DNA of 32,000 nucleotides from assembly GCA_029881495.1 (NCBI GenBank), contig JAOUMJ010000008.1, positions 7,160 through 39,159 on the forward strand. Reading direction: 5' to 3'. Under the pieces are notes generated by a model. The model was not told where the DNA came from and ran no database searches. It saw nothing but the letters and a program-made list of their open reading frames with translations. The number at the start of each line of letters is the position of its first letter. The first letter of the stretch is position 1. Position numbers and translations under genes: made by a program. Below, one piece after another: positions 26,926 to 32,000 of the stretch. The DNA is from Nitrospinota bacterium (lineage in GTDB: Bacteria; Nitrospinota_A; UBA7883; JACRGQ01).

Positions 26926-27938
26926 AAGATCGCTTTCCCCCCAGACTGGGATTCTGCGGATACAGCGATTCTGGCAAAACCACTCTTATTGAAAAGCTGA
27001 TCCCCGCGCTTGCGTCGGCAGGGTTGACTGCGGGCTATCTGAAGCACGACGCGCACAGGCTCGATGTCGACAGGGAGGGGAAGGATACATGGAGAATATA
27101 TAAGGCCGGAGCCTCGGTCGTCGCCGCCAATTCTGAAGAGGAGACATTTGCGCGCACGTCATCAGTTATGGATGGTTCGATCTTCGCTGGTTGCGACCTG
27201 GTGATAGTTGAAGGCTTCAAGAATGCGGAGTGGGACAAGTTCTGGGTTCACCCGTATGACGGCGATTCGGGAAATATGCCGAACCTTGTTAATGTGATAG
27301 GGGAGATAGGGGGAGGCGGATTTCGTCACGACGATGTTACGGCGATTGCCGGTAGAGTTGAAGAGTGGTTGCGTGGCAAGGTGTCGGACAGGGAGATCTA
27401 CGGCGGACTCCTTATCGGGGGGAAGAGCGAGCGGATGGGGAGCCCCAAGTCGCTGATGGTTGCGGATGGAGTGACACTGGCGGAAAGGAATTTTGCCCTG
27501 CTGAAGGGGCATTGCGATGCTGCCTATCTACTGGGTACCGGGCCGGTTCCTGAAAATATGAAAGATGAAAAAAGGATTGCGGATCTGCCGGGTGTGGAAG
27601 GACCGCTTGGCGGGATACTCTCGGCTTCGCGTCTCGCGTCATCCGTCGACTGGCTCATCCTCGCGGTCGATATGCCGAATGTAACGGCAGAATATTTAAA
27701 AGTGATCATTGATAGCAGGGGGCCTGGCTACCGTTTCATCGGCGCAGGCAAGCGCGGCGGCGGTTTACTGGAGCCGCTCTGCTCGCTCTACTCCCCCCAG
27801 ATACTGCATTGGATGGATTCCAACCGGGGTGAAGAGCTCTCTCTCAACCGGCTTTTGAAAAGCTATGGTGTGGAGGGGGATGAATCGCTCTTCGATGGCG
27901 AGATCCTTAAAAACCTAAATTCACCGGCAGACCTCTAG
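26913..27938 (+). CDS. mobA: MobB-MobA fusion (MobB GTP-binding domain, then molybdenum cofactor guanylyltransferase domain)
   Basis: The N-terminal approximately 160 aa carries GFCGYSDSGKTTLIEKLIPAL..GYLKHDAH (MobB P-loop). The C-terminal approximately 180 aa carries GGLLIGGKSERMGSPKSL and ILAVDMP (MobA nucleotidyltransferase). Confidence 0.85.
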   Translation: MAILKDRFPPRLGFCGYSDSGKTTLIEKLIPALASAGLTAGYLKHDAHRLDVDREGKDTWRIYKAGASVVAANSEEETFARTSSVMDGSIFAGCDLVIVEGFKNAEWDKFWVHPYDGDSGNMPNLVNVIGEIGGGGFRHDDVTAIAGRVEEWLRGKVSDREIYGGLLIGGKSERMGSPKSLMVADGVTLAERNFALLKGHCDAAYLLGTGPVPENMKDEKRIADLPGVEGPLGGILSASRLASSVDWLILAVDMPNVTAEYLKVIIDSRGPGYRFIGAGKRGGGLLEPLCSLYSPQILHWMDSNRGEELSLNRLLKSYGVEGDESLFDGEILKNLNSPADL

Positions 27939-27950
27939 TATAATTTTTAC

Positions 27951-28424
27951 ATGAGCAAGGAATTCACACACCTGAGCGAAAAGGGGGAGGCAAGGATGGT
28001 AGACATCTCCGGCAAGACTGAAACCTCACGCCGGGCAGTTGCTTCGTCCTTCGTAAAGATGAGCGCCGATACTCTGAACGCCATAAGGGATGAGAAGTTG
28101 CCGAAAGGGGATGTATTTGCCGCCGCACGGATAGCCGGGATAATGGGGGCGAAGCGCGTGGCGGAGCTAATTCCCCTTTGCCATCCGCTGAACATCGATC
28201 ATTGCGAAATAGTGTTTGAGATGAAGGAGGGCGGAATAGCTGTGCGCTCGGAGGTGAAGGTGAGGGGGACCACCGGCGCGGAGATGGAAGCAATAACGGC
28301 TGTATCAATCGCCGCCCTTACAATTTACGATATGTGCAAGTCGATGGAGAAGGGGATAGTGATAACCGATACGATGCTCCTTGAAAAGGATGGCGGGAAG
28401 TCCGGCAGTTTCAGGCGCAAATAG
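27951..28424 (+). CDS. moaC: cyclic pyranopterin monophosphate synthase MoaC
   Basis: 157 aa. Motifs THLSEKGEARMVDISGKTETSRRAVA, IPLCHPL, TGAEMEAITAVSIAALTIYDMCK. Confidence 0.94.
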   Translation: MSKEFTHLSEKGEARMVDISGKTETSRRAVASSFVKMSADTLNAIRDEKLPKGDVFAAARIAGIMGAKRVAELIPLCHPLNIDHCEIVFEMKEGGIAVRSEVKVRGTTGAEMEAITAVSIAALTIYDMCKSMEKGIVITDTMLLEKDGGKSGSFRRK

Positions 28425-28427
28425 CGG

Positions 28428-28919
28428 ATGATAAGGACAGCCATCCTTGTGGTCTCTGATACGAGAGGCGATAAGGCTTCCAATAAACCTGATCTCTGCA
28501 TCCCGGCGATTGCCGGGTTTCTGAATGGGAAAGATTTCGAGGTAGTCGCCTCGAAGATCGTGAAGGACGAGATAGGCGAGATCCAGCAGGCGATAAGGGA
28601 TTGGGTCGATGATAGATCGATCGACCTTGTTCTCACCTCCGGCGGTACCGGTGTTTCGCCGCGCGATGTTACCCCCGAAGCGACCAGGCCGCTCCTCACA
28701 AAGGAACTCCCTGGAGTTGCGGAGGCGATGCGCGCATATTCATTGAAGAAGACCGTCAGGGCGGTGCTCTCAAGGGCCGTTGCGGGACTTGCAGGGGATA
28801 CGCTTGTAGTGAACCTCCCCGGCTCTCCGAAAGGGGCGGTGGAAAATCTCGAAGCGGTCTTTGAATCATTCGCGCACATCATTGAGAAAGGGCGGGGGGA
28901 CAACAGCGACTGCGCATGA
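28428..28919 (+). CDS. moaB: MoaB/MogA-family molybdopterin adenylyltransferase-like protein
   Basis: 163 aa MoCF_biosynth domain. Motifs AILVVSDTR, LVLTSGGTGVSPRDVTPEAT, VVNLPGSPKG. Confidence 0.88.
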   Translation: MIRTAILVVSDTRGDKASNKPDLCIPAIAGFLNGKDFEVVASKIVKDEIGEIQQAIRDWVDDRSIDLVLTSGGTGVSPRDVTPEATRPLLTKELPGVAEAMRAYSLKKTVRAVLSRAVAGLAGDTLVVNLPGSPKGAVENLEAVFESFAHIIEKGRGDNSDCA

Positions 28920-29011
28920 AACTCCGTCATCCCACGGGAGGAGATGAAAAAATCTTGGTCTTACGGCCGATTTCATGGTAATTTATCGCTCTTTAGAGGG
29001 GGATTAGAGGG

Positions 29012-29518
29012 TTGTCTTTTGTAAACAGGTTCAGACTGCGGATGAAGGAACGCCGCGCCGTAATGCCGGGTGCGAGTGAATTCAAGCAGGCGGCCATTGT
29101 TTACGTCGCCCTTAAGAGCGTCATCATCTTTCTCACCGCGAATTACATCCACTGCGCGACATGCGGGGATACCACTTTTCTAAGACAGGCTATCCACCTT
29201 ATACTCTTCAGCCATTTTCTCTGGGCGGGGATGCGGTTGACGTCGCTCACCATCGGCCTTGCGTGCGTTGCCAGGGGGATAGCCTATATGGTGAACTATT
29301 TTTTCAAAACGACTTTCCTGCTATATCTTCCGATTACCGGTACGAAGCTTTCCGTGCTGAATGAAGGGGCCGCCGGGAATTCCATCTTTCTTGTAAATTC
29401 CCTTCTCCTTTTCGCGATAGCGGGGATGATATTCCGCGCAGTGAAGGCAAGGAGTTCAACTAGCGTTGAAGAGGAGCCGGAGTCGGCCCCCGTTGAGCTT
29501 CCCGCCAGATCCTTCTGA
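29012..29518 (+). CDS. hypothetical integral membrane protein (about 4 hydrophobic segments, acidic C-tail)
   Basis: An ORF with several hydrophobic stretches (AAIVYVALKSVIIFLTANYI, HLILFSHFLWAGM, LTIGLACVARGIAYMV, IFLVNSLLLFAIAGMIF). The start is uncertain (TTG 29012 after GAGGGGGA, or internal ATGs). No family recognised. Confidence 0.5.
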   Translation: MSFVNRFRLRMKERRAVMPGASEFKQAAIVYVALKSVIIFLTANYIHCATCGDTTFLRQAIHLILFSHFLWAGMRLTSLTIGLACVARGIAYMVNYFFKTTFLLYLPITGTKLSVLNEGAAGNSIFLVNSLLLFAIAGMIFRAVKARSSTSVEEEPESAPVELPARSF

Positions 29519-29529
29519 CGCCTCGGCGA

Positions 29530-30258
29530 TCAGGTTTCGTGCTCCGTAAGTTTCAGGAAGATAGCCTCCAGCTGATTTGAATCTGAATCTGCTTTCTTTT
29601 GCAGTTCGTCGACCGTACCGCTGGCGATTACCTCACCCTTTTCGATTATCGAAATCCTGTGGCAAAGCTCCTGCGCCACCGCAAGGGTGTGAGTCGACAT
29701 GAAGATGGTTTTCCCTTCCTCGCAAAAGCTTCTGAAGAGGTCCTTTACAATCTTATGTCCGTGCGGATCGAGGCCGACCATCGGCTCGTCGATAATCAGA
29801 TATTTCGGATGGTGTATCAGTGCGCCGGTGATAACCAGTTTCTGTTTCATCCCGTGTGAGTAGTTTTCAATAAGCTCATCGATCCGGTCGGCAAGGGAGA
29901 ATATCTTCAGCAGTTCGCTCCTTTTCTGTTTCACGCTCTCCCTCGGTATTTCGTAGATGTCTAGCATGAAGTCGAGAAATTCCCTCCCAGTCAGTTTTTC
30001 ATATACGAAAGGCTTGTCGGGGATAAAGCCTATCAGCTTCTTGGCTCTCTTCGGTTCTTCCTGAATGTCGAATCCGCCGATTGTGATCCTCCCCGAAGTG
30101 GGGATGAGGAGCCCAACCATCATGTTTATGGTCGTAGTCTTTCCTGCGCCGTTCGGGCCGAGGAATCCAAAACAGACCCCTTCTTCGATCGCGAAGGAGA
30201 GGTTCTTTACAGCCTTTACGCTGCCGTAATCCTTGCTGACGTTCTCGAAACGAATCAT
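29530..30258 (-). CDS. ABC transporter ATP-binding protein (ABC-2/DrrA-like), no adjacent permease
   Basis: 242 aa. Walker A GPNGAGKTT, signature YSHGMKQKL, Walker B YLIIDEPMVGLD, and an H-loop STH. Confidence 0.9.
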   Translation of the reverse strand: MIRFENVSKDYGSVKAVKNLSFAIEEGVCFGFLGPNGAGKTTTINMMVGLLIPTSGRITIGGFDIQEEPKRAKKLIGFIPDKPFVYEKLTGREFLDFMLDIYEIPRESVKQKRSELLKIFSLADRIDELIENYSHGMKQKLVITGALIHHPKYLIIDEPMVGLDPHGHKIVKDLFRSFCEEGKTIFMSTHTLAVAQELCHRISIIEKGEVIASGTVDELQKKADSDSNQLEAIFLKLTEHET

Positions 30259-30388
30259 ATCTAGATTATATATGACGACAGCCGCCTCTGCCGGTGCCGG
30301 TGAATCTCCCCTGCGGGCCGACAGATAGCGACGTTAGTCCAGAAGCTATCTCTCTTACGGGGAGGCGATCTCGCTGTATAATGCGGAG

Positions 30389-30991
30389 ATGATCCGCGAT
30401 CTGATATTGAAAAGCCGTTCCTATCGCCGGTTCCATCAGGAGGTGGCGGTTGGAGAGTCGACGCTTAGAGAGCTTGTCGATCTTGCGCGTCTGTCGCCTT
30501 CCGCCGCGAATAAACAGCCGCTCAAGTATGTTCTATCGCATGAGGGGGAGAAGAACGCGAAAATATTTCCGCATCTCGCATGGGCGGGGTATTTGAAGGA
30601 TTGGCCCGGCCCTGAGGAGGGGGAGAGGCCGTCCGCGTATATCATTATCCTGCTCGATACGAGGATAAGTAAAAAGGTCGATTGCGATCATGGTATTGCG
30701 GCGCAGTCGATCATGCTGGGGGCCGTTGAAAAAGGATTTGGCGGGACGATAATTTCGTCCGTGAAGAGAGAGGAACTTTCCAAATTGTTGGGGCTGCCGG
30801 ATTATCTGGAGATCCTTCTTGTCCTCGCGATCGGCAAGCCGAAGGAGGAGGTAGTTATAGAGGAGAGCGGCGAGCTTGGCCCCGACGGCGACATAAAATA
30901 TTGGCGCGACGAAAACCAAACCCACCATATCCCCAAACGCCCTCTGGATGAGGTTTTATTTAACGATCAACTAAAAAGTTCGAGTTATTAA
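30389..30991 (+). CDS. nitroreductase family protein
   Basis: 200 aa. SRSYRRFHQE..LRELVDLARLSPSAANKQPLKYVL is the typical nitroreductase N-terminal FMN-binding motif. Confidence 0.85.
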   Translation: MIRDLILKSRSYRRFHQEVAVGESTLRELVDLARLSPSAANKQPLKYVLSHEGEKNAKIFPHLAWAGYLKDWPGPEEGERPSAYIIILLDTRISKKVDCDHGIAAQSIMLGAVEKGFGGTIISSVKREELSKLLGLPDYLEILLVLAIGKPKEEVVIEESGELGPDGDIKYWRDENQTHHIPKRPLDEVLFNDQLKSSSY

Positions 30992-31059
30992 ATTAATCCT
31001 CTGCTGTCCATAGATGAATAGTTTGCTCCATCCTTGCCATTGCTTTCGGTTTACAAAAA

Positions 31060-32000
31060 TCAGGTACCCGTTGCGGGTGGTTCAATGCTTTCGGTTTTCT
31101 TGTGCAATTTTTCGTTTAAAGTAAATTCGGCAATTTGTTTTTTTAGATTCTCAATTGTCTCTTGTTTAAGTTTTAATTCATCCTCCGCTTTCTCCGCTTT
31201 CTTTTCAATATCATAAAGCTGGTCTTTTACTTTTTTAAGCTCGGTGTTGGCTTCTGAAAGTTGGTTTTTAAATATTTCCGCGGCATCAGTAGCTTCTTTG
31301 ATTTTTAAGTCTTTTTCCGATAATGCCGCTTTCAAGTCGTTGGCTAGATTCTTGCTATTAGAAATGTTTTTGGCAAGTTCATCAATGTCTTTTTGTTTTG
31401 CTTTGTTCTTTTCAAATAACTCTTCAACCTGTTTGTTTTTAGCTTCGATTAGTTTATTGTTTTCTCTTTTATCTTTTTCGAGTTCGGCCACCTGTTGTGC
31501 GTATTGGTCTTTTGTTTGTTCAGCTATTCTAATTTTCTCTTCAATCAGCTTTCTGGCATTAGCATCTTTTTTTGAATTGGTATCCAGTTGTTCAAGTTCT
31601 CTTTTTAGGGCATGAATATTCTCATCGGACTTTTGTTTGTTTTTTTCTAGCTCAGAGATTGTTTTGGTTTTTTGGGCGTTTTCTTCCTCAAGGTTGATAA
31701 TGCCCAAATGTTTATAATTTTTCTCGATTTCATCGAATTTCAAAGAAGCTTCCCTGAAATTCAGATGAAAAAGCGGCTCATTTTCATTTACCATTTTTGC
31801 GAATAGGCCGGCCTTTAAAACGCCGCTGGTAGTTTTGAAATCCGAACTGTTTGTTAGTGTCAAAACGTCAGTCATGACTTTTGCTTGCAACTTTTTTAGT
31901 TCAATGTCGTTAATAGCATTTTGGACCGTGCATGGGCCGAAAAGCGCAGTTATGGCAACAGCCATGAATGAAGGTTTTAATATTGAATCAATTATTCTGT
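31060..32000 (-). CDS. coiled-coil protein, probable lipoprotein; N-terminus may lie beyond the right window edge
   Basis: The frame remains open to nt 32000 upstream of the first in-window Met. ..SILKPSFMAVAITALFGPC resembles a signal peptide ending in a lipobox-like FGPC. This is followed by about 200 aa of heptad-rich Lys/Glu coiled coil. The gene is strongly AT-rich. Confidence 0.6.
   Translation of the reverse strand, partial: RIIDSILKPSFMAVAITALFGPCTVQNAINDIELKKLQAKVMTDVLTLTNSSDFKTTSGVLKAGLFAKMVNENEPLFHLNFREASLKFDEIEKNYKHLGIINLEEENAQKTKTISELEKNKQKSDENIHALKRELEQLDTNSKKDANARKLIEEKIRIAEQTKDQYAQQVAELEKDKRENNKLIEAKNKQVEELFEKNKAKQKDIDELAKNISNSKNLANDLKAALSEKDLKIKEATDAAEIFKNQLSEANTELKKVKDQLYDIEKKAEKAEDELKLKQETIENLKKQIAEFTLNEKLHKKTESIEPPATGT

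Overview
The window is mostly core chromosome from a flagellated bacterium, about 45-55% G+C in the core lines I counted. Left to right: the end of the NADH:quinone oxidoreductase operon (nuoL partial, nuoM, nuoN), then tRNA-Leu(CAA). Next comes a flagellar locus split into two divergent units, fliK-flgD-flgE on the minus strand and flgB-flgC-fliF-fliG-fliH-fliI-fliJ plus a YlxF/MotE-like gene on the plus strand, each with a sigma54-type promoter in the shared intergenic region. Then follow aspS-gltX, a small protein that reads like a catalytically dead IS200/Y1-transposase fold, a bactofilin, tRNA-Arg(TCG) and an HD-GYP protein. A molybdenum-cofactor cluster follows (moaA divergent from moaD-moaE-moeA-mobB/mobA fusion-moaC-moaB). 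The window ends with an orphan membrane protein, an orphan ABC ATPase, a nitroreductase, and an AT-rich gene for a coiled-coil probable lipoprotein that runs off the right edge. The most unusual stretch is a strongly AT-rich, gene-sparse island at about 22300-23986, between the HD-GYP gene and moaA. It holds three small orphan genes on the minus strand (141, 78 and 61 aa). Each is separated by 170-300 nt of non-coding DNA, and each has its own correctly spaced GG-N10-GC sigma54 promoter and a good Shine-Dalgarno. Two of the three share a 9-nt leader motif and the first 8 nt of coding sequence. I could not assign these proteins to any family I recognise. No CRISPR array, rRNA or intact mobile element was seen.
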